A DNA stretch of 32,000 bases from Candidatus Saccharimonadota bacterium (GTDB lineage Bacteria; Patescibacteriota; Gracilibacteria; UBA1369; 2-02-FULL-48-14): positions 960,001 through 992,000 of the forward strand of contig OZ246396.1 of the NCBI GenBank assembly GCA_965230905.1. The letters run 5' to 3'. Each line of letters begins with the position of its first letter. Within the stretch, counting starts at the first letter, position 1. The translations under genes were made by a program, and so were the position numbers. Below the pieces are notes generated by a model that was given only the letters and a program-made list of their open reading frames with translations, had not been told where the DNA came from and ran no database searches. Positions 25,301 through 32,000 of the stretch are shown here, piece after piece.

Positions 25301-27354
25301 GAATCGGTGAATCCGTTTGCGATCAAACGGGCGGTGTAGGCAGCGTCAGATGTATTTAAGCTGTAATCCCAGCACACGGTGGTTTCACCATAAAGCGTTT
25401 CAAGGTCGGCGTCATCGGTGAGATCGATGCTAGTCGTGCTTCCATCGTCGTTGGTGATATAAGGAGTTCCCAAGGCAAAGTCTTCACAAACCGGAGCGAC
25501 GTCTTCACAGGTTTCGCTGTCCAAGGAGTCGATACAGGTAGGGTCGGTGGTGTCCATTACTTGAATGGCATCACCATCTTCACCGGTGTAATAAACCACC
25601 ATAGGAGGAGAGCTGACGAGTACACTTCCGGTTCCAACCGTAGGTCCACCTGGGGTGAAGGCAAAGGTTCCGGCGGGGTTTGTGCTGGTGACAATCCAAG
25701 GTCCAGTGCTGGGTGCGCCGCTGCTCATGAAGCTTTCCCAACGGATTTCCACATCTTCCACGCTCATTTCTTCACAGGTGAGTGTTTCGTTGCTTGGGAT
25801 GATGATTTCTAACTCTTCACAAGTCAGCTCCACTGCATAGCTGAAATAGTCGCTACAGAGTCCGGCTACGTCGTCTTCAGCTTCCACCCATACGCTGGCA
25901 CCTTCGTCGCTTTGGTAAGAAGCCACGGTCCAGTCGGTGGTGGTGTAAGGTTGAGTGTTTCCATCAAAAGTGGAATCGGTATCGGTGGAGTTGTAGGTCA
26001 CGGAGTAAGGCCAGTCTTCACCGGTGCTTGCTTCCGCTTCAATTTCCACGGGCATATCCACGTCTCCACTGCTGATGAAAGCAAAGCTTGAAGGATCGGT
26101 GATGTTGAGGTCGCTGCAGTAAGGGAATTCCACTTCCACTTCACAGATTCCGGTTCCTTGGTAATCCACTCCGTCGTAGTCGCTCACGTAAGCCGTGATG
26201 CGGTCTCCGGGCAGGGAGTTTCGGTATTCAATTTCGGTGTCGTTGCTGGCAACGGGTCCGGCGTTTCCATTGGAAAGGTTCAACGCGCCTCGGTAACGAA
26301 TGTCTCCCGTGGCAGCGCTTCCGTCGTATTGGAAGGCTTCGTAAGTGACTTCAATATCATTAGTAATATCGTCTCCGTTGCTGTTGGTAGCGGTGAGAGT
26401 AAACTCAGTGTCACTAAAGATATCGCTCACGGTTAAGCTGCTGGGGTCGATGGAAAGCGTGGCACAAGTGGGACCAGCTCCTTCACAGGGCGTCCAAATG
26501 GTTCGTAGACGTCCGTTGAGACCGTACCAAAAAATATAATCGTCGTCTGGATCCACTCCCACGTCGTCGGTTCCATCTTTATCGGTATCTACTTCAATGG
26601 GATAGACGTTCTCATAAGCTCCAATATCCCCACGGTCATCTGGGTCTACGCTGAAATATTCTACTTTTGCCCAACTTTCCGTGGTAGCGGTTTGAATGGG
26701 TTTTGAGTAATCTTCTGGTTCAAAAATAATTCCTTCTGATTCAAATTCCCCCGCATCGAGCCAAGGATAGTTTTCGATTTCATCGGGAGTGTCTGTATTG
26801 TAACGCCACACAATTCCACGAGGGCTTCCAGATACCCAGTCTAGGGTTTCAAATGTGATTTCGGTTCCGTTCTTAGCAGTAGAAGTGGCGAGTAGGTCAC
26901 CATCAGAAACGGTGCTTTTATCAAAACTACAATCGAGGTAGGTTCCTGCTCCGTCCGTACATACCATGCCCTTAGTATCGATGTTGGTCCAAAAATCCTC
27001 AGTGGCAGGAGTTCCTCCTGGATAATCTGAGTCCAATACAATCGCAAAAGCATAGATAGGAGCTCTAAACTCCTGATCGGCGGTGTTTTCTGAGTCGTTG
27101 TAGTAGTAGTAAAGGTGTTCCACTCCAGCACAATAATTGATGGTCAACTCTTCTTCGTCGTGTTCAGAATGAATTTCTGGTACATCTACGTTGTCCTCAT
27201 TGCTGTACTCAGCCGAGCTCCAAGCTCCCAGAATCGGGGTACCTGCTGAGTCTTTTACGGGTCCTCCGCCAAAGCCCACTGCATCAACCAGTGGTGAACT
27301 GAGTCCCAGGGCGAGACCTAAGGTGAGTAGAAGAAGGTAGCTTTTTTTAAACAT
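22375..27354 (-). CDS. giant secreted, highly acidic, Cys-bracketed multi-module surface protein (unknown family)
   Basis: The ORF is open to 27381. I prefer ATG 27354, which gives MFKKSYLLLLTLGLALGLSSPLVDA|VG, a classical Sec signal peptide, and clears the upstream mini-ORF stop. The protein is D/E-rich. It has a Ca-binding-like motif DTDKDGTDD and six tandem modules of about 100-140 aa, each opening with C-x-[DE]-L... and closing with ...[IL]C[SE]D.... No C-terminal anchor motif is visible. Confidence 0.85.
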   Translation of the reverse strand: MFKKSYLLLLTLGLALGLSSPLVDAVGFGGGPVKDSAGTPILGAWSSAEYSNEDNVDVPEIHSEHDEEELTINYCAGVEHLYYYYNDSENTADQEFRAPIYAFAIVLDSDYPGGTPATEDFWTNIDTKGMVCTDGAGTYLDCSFDKSTVSDGDLLATSTAKNGTEITFETLDWVSGSPRGIVWRYNTDTPDEIENYPWLDAGEFESEGIIFEPEDYSKPIQTATTESWAKVEYFSVDPDDRGDIGAYENVYPIEVDTDKDGTDDVGVDPDDDYIFWYGLNGRLRTIWTPCEGAGPTCATLSIDPSSLTVSDIFSDTEFTLTATNSNGDDITNDIEVTYEAFQYDGSAATGDIRYRGALNLSNGNAGPVASNDTEIEYRNSLPGDRITAYVSDYDGVDYQGTGICEVEVEFPYCSDLNITDPSSFAFISSGDVDMPVEIEAEASTGEDWPYSVTYNSTDTDSTFDGNTQPYTTTDWTVASYQSDEGASVWVEAEDDVAGLCSDYFSYAVELTCEELEIIIPSNETLTCEEMSVEDVEIRWESFMSSGAPSTGPWIVTSTNPAGTFAFTPGGPTVGTGSVLVSSPPMVVYYTGEDGDAIQVMDTTDPTCIDSLDSETCEDVAPVCEDFALGTPYITNDDGSTTSIDLTDDADLETLYGETTVCWDYSLNTSDAAYTARLIANGFTDSTRTANTGNLTMTMNETAGSSTGNPSNLAFTGFTSYTGTICWENYEAGNELSVFVLGDRPACNDEEILPPPPEEEAPVCVDLQMSPDSYTMAATDVDAGNIPVIITVQGEDATWTGTLIVEHTGTGALFYSDGSPSTAGDGHLEIPVSGSTMNVTVFYRNGHAGDVVSSYISGDETLCSDVFTITQPAPGLICEDLELSPDSVEMEADDVDAGTINGSVVVQGSDSTWTGTLIITKSGSGQLHYSDGSNSGYSDGRLEIAVSGVSSTVTFTYTGGQADDIVRAYIQNDALICSDQFSITQPTPEVPFCTEIEFPEEIQTYNCEDVPEVELCLDSNGEDEREIEICYEARDSDDEKYDGEWEYDGVTYEGCEEIIVAFEDGETRNCIDITFNEVCEDSEITVSEAGKVCEELDTEEVEVGTFEKFIYTFNFASEKNSYTDEGVFFSHDEDRAFYTLEYNPAGEEEAITFTDAMWGSELELEGTKGDGSDSGGNVRLATTYEELVKSKFNGAYDEYNLITNMGFGCETPAKCREEDSQSIANYVGSDAFKNNYESFVAYVKYPVGLNQESVLIEECEYDKDDDLESEGVCYNPNFLPEKDGEVVIENAGTVQDDYGDDATIRIRYVGVINSGLNCGDNADECLTEEFENTASVEAFESAVLTDSAKLVVLCSYLMTQNAGDVYLEVALQGGSDIACIFVDEDDATSSDYRNVDSLIILQEGDNNQNDTADEYMSSYSTSTVSFCDDDEDNLIGNLSSYVCEIVAKVTDLWAKTSVESTTSDHLSQATRNADTSQAPGDSTYTSWSELTAALTNSNNRDSNILYFDASQSNDGKMTLGKLEVPAGAWTVIVKGGDLVLTGDISYAKTQNISDYKNLPSIAFVVQDGDIYIDDSAQKLVGVYYTDQKFDGDERSAVDEQLTVEGSFYGNIQTLIERAKYVGPPTIDGGGIVIKYDSRIILNTPPALSDYVNINTEKGVN
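24385..25068 (-). repeat. tandem duplication of a 342-bp (114-aa) coding module
   Basis: Module aa 772-885 (CVDLQMSPDS...TWTGTLIVEH...YSDGS...LCSDVFTITQPAP) aligns with aa 886-999 (CEDLELSPDS...TWTGTLIITK...YSDGS...ICSDQFSITQPTP). Roughly half the positions are identical by eye, with no gaps needed. Confidence 0.85.
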
Positions 27355-27358
27355 AGAT

Positions 27359-27496
27359 TTAGAATTCATTGGTTGAGTCATTTGGGCTTTCCGCTTGTTC
27401 CACTACGGAATCAATCGTTGGTTCTTTCTCAGTTTTTTGAGAGCAACCAGGAATCAGGAGGAAGCTGAGTAAAAGTAAAATGGAGATTTGTTTCAT
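27359..27496 (-). CDS. 45-codon lipoprotein-like mini-ORF (not in the supplied ORF track)
   Basis: Hand translation gives MKQISILLLLSFLLIPGCSQKTEKEPTIDSVVEQAESPNDSTNEF*. This is a signal peptide plus a lipobox-like L-I-P-G-C. Its ATG lies 9 nt after the stop of the upstream giant ORF, and its stop lies 4 nt before ATG 27354 of the downstream giant ORF. Confidence 0.4.
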   Translation of the reverse strand: MKQISILLLLSFLLIPGCSQKTEKEPTIDSVVEQAESPNDSTNEF

Positions 27497-27505
27497 ATGT
27501 ATGTT

Positions 27506-30500
27506 TTAGAATTCAGTATTTTGTTCAGTTTCAGATCCGCTGCCTTCCGTTTGTTGACCAATGAAGTCACTTGGCTTTTCACCAGGTTGCAGCGCGTGCT
27601 GAGTGTCTTCATCTTCTTGTGCAGGCAAATTGATATCGGCCAATGGCTTGATTGGAATCAAGCTTGGTTCGATGCGGAACTGCATAGCACGCACTTGTTC
27701 TTGTGAGCTCATTCCTTGGCCGATGGTTTCTCGTGTGGAAGCGCTCTTTACCTCTCTAGTAGTAGGAGCAAGCCATTTCAGCTCCGGAGTGAGTCCACAT
27801 ACCAGGTTTAAACATTTTTCGTAGAGCCCAGTGCTCACCTCCCATTCCAGGGTAACTGGTACTCCATGGATCATAGTGACTACTCCAGTGCTACCTGTTT
27901 CCATGTCGGCGTTGTTGAGCAGCCGAGCTACGTCTCGAGCGAATTCGGCAGCCAACTCGGGAAAGAGGGCACCGTTTCCGGAACGCACCATGGCACGGAT
28001 CTTAGCCCCGTCGTCGAGGCCATAAATTTCGAGTGCGTGGCTTGCCAAGAGAGCTCCACCCATCGTTAGCATGGCTTGATCAAAAGTTACGGTCGCTTCA
28101 TTCAAATGAGTTTCCGGCCACTTCATGCTTAAGATTGCTTTGGCCATTTCTTTTACCGCTGTAATATTAGCTGAGTCGTTTTGACCGGCTTCGTCGAAGC
28201 CCATGGCGGCCAAGGTCTTTTTTGGATTTGCCACGTCCCACTCAATAGGGGCCACAATGGATCCGTGTACTTCCGCATCGTAATAACCTTGCAAAAGCTG
28301 AGGCCCGTTTTCATTGATGCTGATGAAGAACATGGTTCCTTCTTCAAAGGTTCCATTCTCGAGTCTATCCTTATTATCTTCCAAATATTTAATTAGGAGA
28401 CCGCTGAAATCTTTTGAAATTTCCTGCAGACGTTTTTTATTCCAAGCCAAAGGCATATGATCTCTATCGGGCCGGCTTCTCTCCATGGCGAACTGACGGG
28501 CGTAGTAAATTTCTTCAATGCTGGGGTCTGTTACGCCCTTTTCTTGATAGATTTCAATCACTCTATCGTTGATCTTCTTATTGTCTCCTGTGCTAGCTAA
28601 AAGATCGTAGTTATATCCTTCTGTATCGCTATCGCCATTTAGTAATAGTTCAGCTACGGCTTGAGCTTTTTCTTTATCCAAACCGTCGAATAGTTTAACT
28701 TCACGAACTCCGGCACGAGCTTGCACGTCACTGATACGAACTTCCCGAACGTTTTGATTCATGCCTTCTTTGCTGAGGTCGCCCAGCTCCATGACTCCAC
28801 TGTCCAGGCGGCTTTGAGCTTCCGGACCGGTCATGATCATCTTTTCAGCACCAGGTGCGGCTGCGTTGTCTACCAGGGTGGTGTTGCCCTTGTAGTCGTA
28901 TTGAGTCCAGGTGAGGTAGTTTCCGCTGTTGGCAATGATTTCTCCCGCATCAGCGTCTGGTTTGCTGGTGATCAAAATGATGACCTCGTCATCGCTTCCT
29001 TGAGCGGCGGGCATGGCTAAGATTCGAATCACCAGGTTATCGGCGCTGTCCAAATTGAGCGCCAAGCCATTGGGCCCGTCTTGAATGGTTTCAATGCCGG
29101 AGCGTGCGTCGGTGTAAAGACGTACGTTTCCATGGATTTCTTTGAAATCGATGCTCGTGAACAGATCTCCAGGCGTGAGGATGGCGTCGTCGGCGATTCC
29201 ACGAGCCATGGCGTCTCTAGCTGCTTGAGCTTCTGCGTCGGCTTTGGTGAAGGCTGCCTCTCGGGTTGTATCCTCTCCATTCCAGAGCACTTCATCGCTC
29301 ACGGTTATTTTCACCCAATCGGCTTCGGGTGCTTTATAATTTTCAATTCCCACGGGAAGACCGGTGCGCATGGACTTGGCCACTTGATCGGGTGTTTCCA
29401 GCGGAGGTACGTATAAAGTGATTGCGCGGTATCCAATTCCAATGGTGATGTAAGGCCCCACGGCAAAACCTCCTGCTTCCAGGCCCACGGCTGCGGTGAG
29501 TCCAAAGCTCACAATTTTGATTTGGTGGAGCACAAAGTCCAGGGCATCTTGAGATTCTTCTCGGCCCACAAAAGTTTGGGTCACCGCCACTTCAATGCGG
29601 CCGTTGATGTAGCGTTCGTACTGTCTTATGAGCATCTTTTTAAGGACCGGGTCTACATTGAGTGAATTGATATCTGCTATGGCTTCCTGCTCAGTTACTT
29701 TCATGCTTTCGCTATGAGCTTTCTTAAAGTCACGGATCTTTTTTTGCAGTCGTGCACTGTGGTTGATGTCTACGCTTGCTTCCACGAAAGCTAGATTTCC
29801 GTTTTCGCGAAGTCCCACACCTCCTCCTCCTCCCAGGGCCCAGGTTCCGTCTTTATTCATGTCGTGACTCGCGTGAAATCCAAAGTTAGGTCCGAGGTAG
29901 CCCTCTTCGCTGAGTCCAAAGTTGAGTTTGGCGTAGGCTTCCAAATGGGTGCGGCCTTCTTTCCCAAGATCGATGCGGTATACAACTCCCGCGCTGGTGC
30001 GCAGTACTGGCTCAAGCGTGTTTGCGCTGATGGTCCATTCCAAAGAAAGGTTCCCAGGAATTTTGTCGTGCAGTATTGGAATACCGAATCCTGCCGCGAG
30101 CGCTCCGTTCACGTCCATACCATTTTCTCCAGGGGAGCCAAACAGTATTCCGCTGAACATCAGGTAAGCTCTTTGTTCGAGTTCGGCGGTGAGTTCTGCT
30201 TTTTGTTCGGCGGTGAGATTTCCACCGACAGCGGCTTGGTCAGTCAGGGCTGCGGCTACTTCGCTAGCAGCCTCGTGAGCATCTGCTTGGGTTTTTGCGG
30301 TCTCTACCTTTTGGTAAACTCCCATCTCAGCAGAGGCAAAGTACATCGCTCCAAAACGAACGGCGATGATTTGATCTTCCGTGAGTTTGAAGTTCCCATC
30401 TTTCAGTTGAGCCATGGTCACTTCGGGAGCGGTCAAGGTATGGGTGAATCCATACGCTTGGTGCTCTGCATTCACCATTTCACGGCCCAAGTTCAAGTAG

Positions 30501-32000
30501 TTGTTGAGCAGGGCGAGGTAGGCACCTAAATCAGGAGACGCCAGCATTTTATCAAAGGCGCGAGAGTGAGAAATCACTTCACGTTCTCCATAGTATTTAT
30601 ATCCTTTCACCGCATGAGAGGTGCTGGCGGGGGTCATCCAAGAATCGGCCGTTATAATGGGGCGATCCGCTGGGGCGAGGGCCCACCAAATATTTTCCAA
30701 GGCATTTCCAGAAACGGGAGGGCCGTAGCTGTCTCGGTCAAAGATTTGATCGCTGACGCGAGCCATGTCCTTTTTGGGTCCCTCGTATTTTTTTGCTTCG
30801 CGCATGCGGCGGTACTCGTCGGGTGAGCTCTCGGTTTCTTCGGCTTCGTCCAGTTTTTCGAGCAGGGTTTTAGCCGCTGCTTTAAATTCATGTATATAAG
30901 GAAGGCTGTCGTTGAGTTCGCTTTCGGGCTTTCCATAAACGGCCAGGGCCATTTCATTGAAGCTCATTGTGAAACGGCCTCCATGGCTGAAGATATCTCC
31001 GTGGAGTTTTTTCCACATGTTGCGGTTGTCGATGAGGCCCACTTGCTTGCGGTGAATAGCAGCCATCATACGAATGGCATCGTAAATATCCTGACCATTT
31101 TCAAGGTACTTGATCTTTGCGATGGCTTCGTAAGAATTTTCTCCGCGGAAATGCTCCGGCACGTCCACGTCTTTTCCTTTTAGTTCATTCAGCGGGGTTG
31201 TGGTGACCAAGGCGATGCTGTCTGAAGCGCCCTCGGGAAGAGGCAGGGGCTCGTCTACATCTGTTCGATATTCGTCGGCTTCATCGGTATAGTGGAGGAT
31301 ACCTTCTCGTGCATCACTGGCCCTTTGCGCTTCTATTCGAGCGTATTCCTCTGGGTTGTTTTCTTTCAACCACTCGTCGGTTGCTACAAAGTTAGGGTTG
31401 GTGGCTTCTCGAGGCGTTGAGGCAGCGGCAGCCACGGCAGCCACCGTAGCGGCTTCATCTTTAGGTGCACTGATCGTGTACCCCTGCAAAATTTCTACAT
31501 AAGCCCCTTTACCTCCCGGTTTACTATAGGTTTTTCCATCGCTGTGAAGGAAGGCGGGGGTTACGGTTCCATTGGTTTTCGTCACCGTAACAAAATCACG
31601 GTTGGTGGCTTGTAAAATGGTACCTAAGGTCAGTTTTCTTTCAGCAAATTTATTGATGGCCTTTGTTTTAGGATCGCGGAAATCTACGGTGAAAGTCTCT
31701 CCAGCGGGCAAATGGCTGTCTACCCCTTGAAGTGCTTTCCCTTCTGCGTCACGCACAAAGAGCAGGGCATAGGTCTTTAAAGCTTCGGTGTCTTCCACCT
31801 TGTGAGCAGCCATTAACTCTAATTTTTGTTCGGCTTCGTAGCGTGCTCGGGAGAGTTCTCTTATTTCGCTTGGACTGACGATGAAATCTTCGTAGGCGGC
31901 GTCGAACTGAGTCCAGGCTATTGCGATCTCCTCTGGGGAAAGCATGTCTGGCAAACGCTCAATCGCTGCCACCTGTTCGAGGGCATGATCTAGGTTGTCC
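27506..32000 (-). CDS. giant protein of unknown family, 5' end outside the window
   Basis: The track start at 31972 is a GTG, but the frame stays open to position 32000 (upstream codons read ...DNLDHALEQ). The protein is therefore >=1497 aa and probably N-terminally truncated by the window. I recognise no catalytic or family motif. It has a central Gly/aromatic-rich stretch of alternating hydrophobicity and an acidic, disordered C-terminal tail. Confidence 0.85.
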   Translation of the reverse strand, partial: DNLDHALEQVAAIERLPDMLSPEEIAIAWTQFDAAYEDFIVSPSEIRELSRARYEAEQKLELMAAHKVEDTEALKTYALLFVRDAEGKALQGVDSHLPAGETFTVDFRDPKTKAINKFAERKLTLGTILQATNRDFVTVTKTNGTVTPAFLHSDGKTYSKPGGKGAYVEILQGYTISAPKDEAATVAAVAAAASTPREATNPNFVATDEWLKENNPEEYARIEAQRASDAREGILHYTDEADEYRTDVDEPLPLPEGASDSIALVTTTPLNELKGKDVDVPEHFRGENSYEAIAKIKYLENGQDIYDAIRMMAAIHRKQVGLIDNRNMWKKLHGDIFSHGGRFTMSFNEMALAVYGKPESELNDSLPYIHEFKAAAKTLLEKLDEAEETESSPDEYRRMREAKKYEGPKKDMARVSDQIFDRDSYGPPVSGNALENIWWALAPADRPIITADSWMTPASTSHAVKGYKYYGEREVISHSRAFDKMLASPDLGAYLALLNNYLNLGREMVNAEHQAYGFTHTLTAPEVTMAQLKDGNFKLTEDQIIAVRFGAMYFASAEMGVYQKVETAKTQADAHEAASEVAAALTDQAAVGGNLTAEQKAELTAELEQRAYLMFSGILFGSPGENGMDVNGALAAGFGIPILHDKIPGNLSLEWTISANTLEPVLRTSAGVVYRIDLGKEGRTHLEAYAKLNFGLSEEGYLGPNFGFHASHDMNKDGTWALGGGGGVGLRENGNLAFVEASVDINHSARLQKKIRDFKKAHSESMKVTEQEAIADINSLNVDPVLKKMLIRQYERYINGRIEVAVTQTFVGREESQDALDFVLHQIKIVSFGLTAAVGLEAGGFAVGPYITIGIGYRAITLYVPPLETPDQVAKSMRTGLPVGIENYKAPEADWVKITVSDEVLWNGEDTTREAAFTKADAEAQAARDAMARGIADDAILTPGDLFTSIDFKEIHGNVRLYTDARSGIETIQDGPNGLALNLDSADNLVIRILAMPAAQGSDDEVIILITSKPDADAGEIIANSGNYLTWTQYDYKGNTTLVDNAAAPGAEKMIMTGPEAQSRLDSGVMELGDLSKEGMNQNVREVRISDVQARAGVREVKLFDGLDKEKAQAVAELLLNGDSDTEGYNYDLLASTGDNKKINDRVIEIYQEKGVTDPSIEEIYYARQFAMERSRPDRDHMPLAWNKKRLQEISKDFSGLLIKYLEDNKDRLENGTFEEGTMFFISINENGPQLLQGYYDAEVHGSIVAPIEWDVANPKKTLAAMGFDEAGQNDSANITAVKEMAKAILSMKWPETHLNEATVTFDQAMLTMGGALLASHALEIYGLDDGAKIRAMVRSGNGALFPELAAEFARDVARLLNNADMETGSTGVVTMIHGVPVTLEWEVSTGLYEKCLNLVCGLTPELKWLAPTTREVKSASTRETIGQGMSSQEQVRAMQFRIEPSLIPIKPLADINLPAQEDEDTQHALQPGEKPSDFIGQQTEGSGSETEQNTEF

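Noticed and set aside
22522-26539. Multiple plus-strand ORFs (for example 22522..23085, 23134..23559, 23965..24570, 24817..25359) opposite the giant secreted-protein gene
   Set aside because: They tile the antisense strand of one continuous 5-kb ORF that has a signal peptide and an internally consistent module structure. The V/G/F-rich translations mirror its D/E/T codons.
1-32000. Alternative genetic code (UGA recoded, as in some candidate phyla), mobile elements, and tRNA or rRNA genes
   Set aside because: Conserved genes are intact under the standard code, and UGA terminates several well-supported genes. I noticed no transposase or integrase motifs, no terminal repeats flanking genes, no tRNA-like T-loop or cloverleaf, and no rRNA signatures.

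Overview
This window is a compact bacterial chromosomal segment, about 95% coding by my calls. It uses the standard code: UGA acts as a stop, for example at 5110-5112 and 15361-15363. I saw no rRNA, tRNA, CRISPR array, transposase or integrase. Positions 1-21100 carry housekeeping genes in tight, often overlapping operons. These include L25/Ctc, a K+-independent H+-pyrophosphatase, a Rel-type (p)ppGpp enzyme, an aquaporin, recO, ftsX, an archaeal-type (RibL-like) FAD synthetase, a PadR regulator with a partner membrane protein, an EamA transporter, gatCA, a TrmB-like regulator, glnA and holA. Several orphan ORFs lie between them. The gene content and compactness fit a small-genome, possibly CPR/Patescibacteria-like organism, but that is inference only. 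The unusual part is 21138-32000 on the minus strand. It holds a >=1497-codon ORF that runs off the window edge, a 45-codon lipoprotein-like mini-ORF absent from the ORF track, and a roughly 1660-aa secreted, very acidic protein built from Cys-bracketed modules. Downstream follow a 343-bp intergenic region (22032-22374, the longest in the window) that folds into two tandem rod-like hairpins, and a divergent PP2C-like gene. I recognise no family for either giant protein, so I flag this locus as the best candidate for an undescribed envelope or host-contact system. Secondary items are a 7 x 21-bp heptad-repeat gene, a 14-nt promoter-proximal motif shared by two genes at identical spacing, a Rel protein lacking the C-terminal ACT/RRM domain, and convergent genes with overlapping stop codons. 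All functional calls rest on motif recognition by eye, because no database search was possible.
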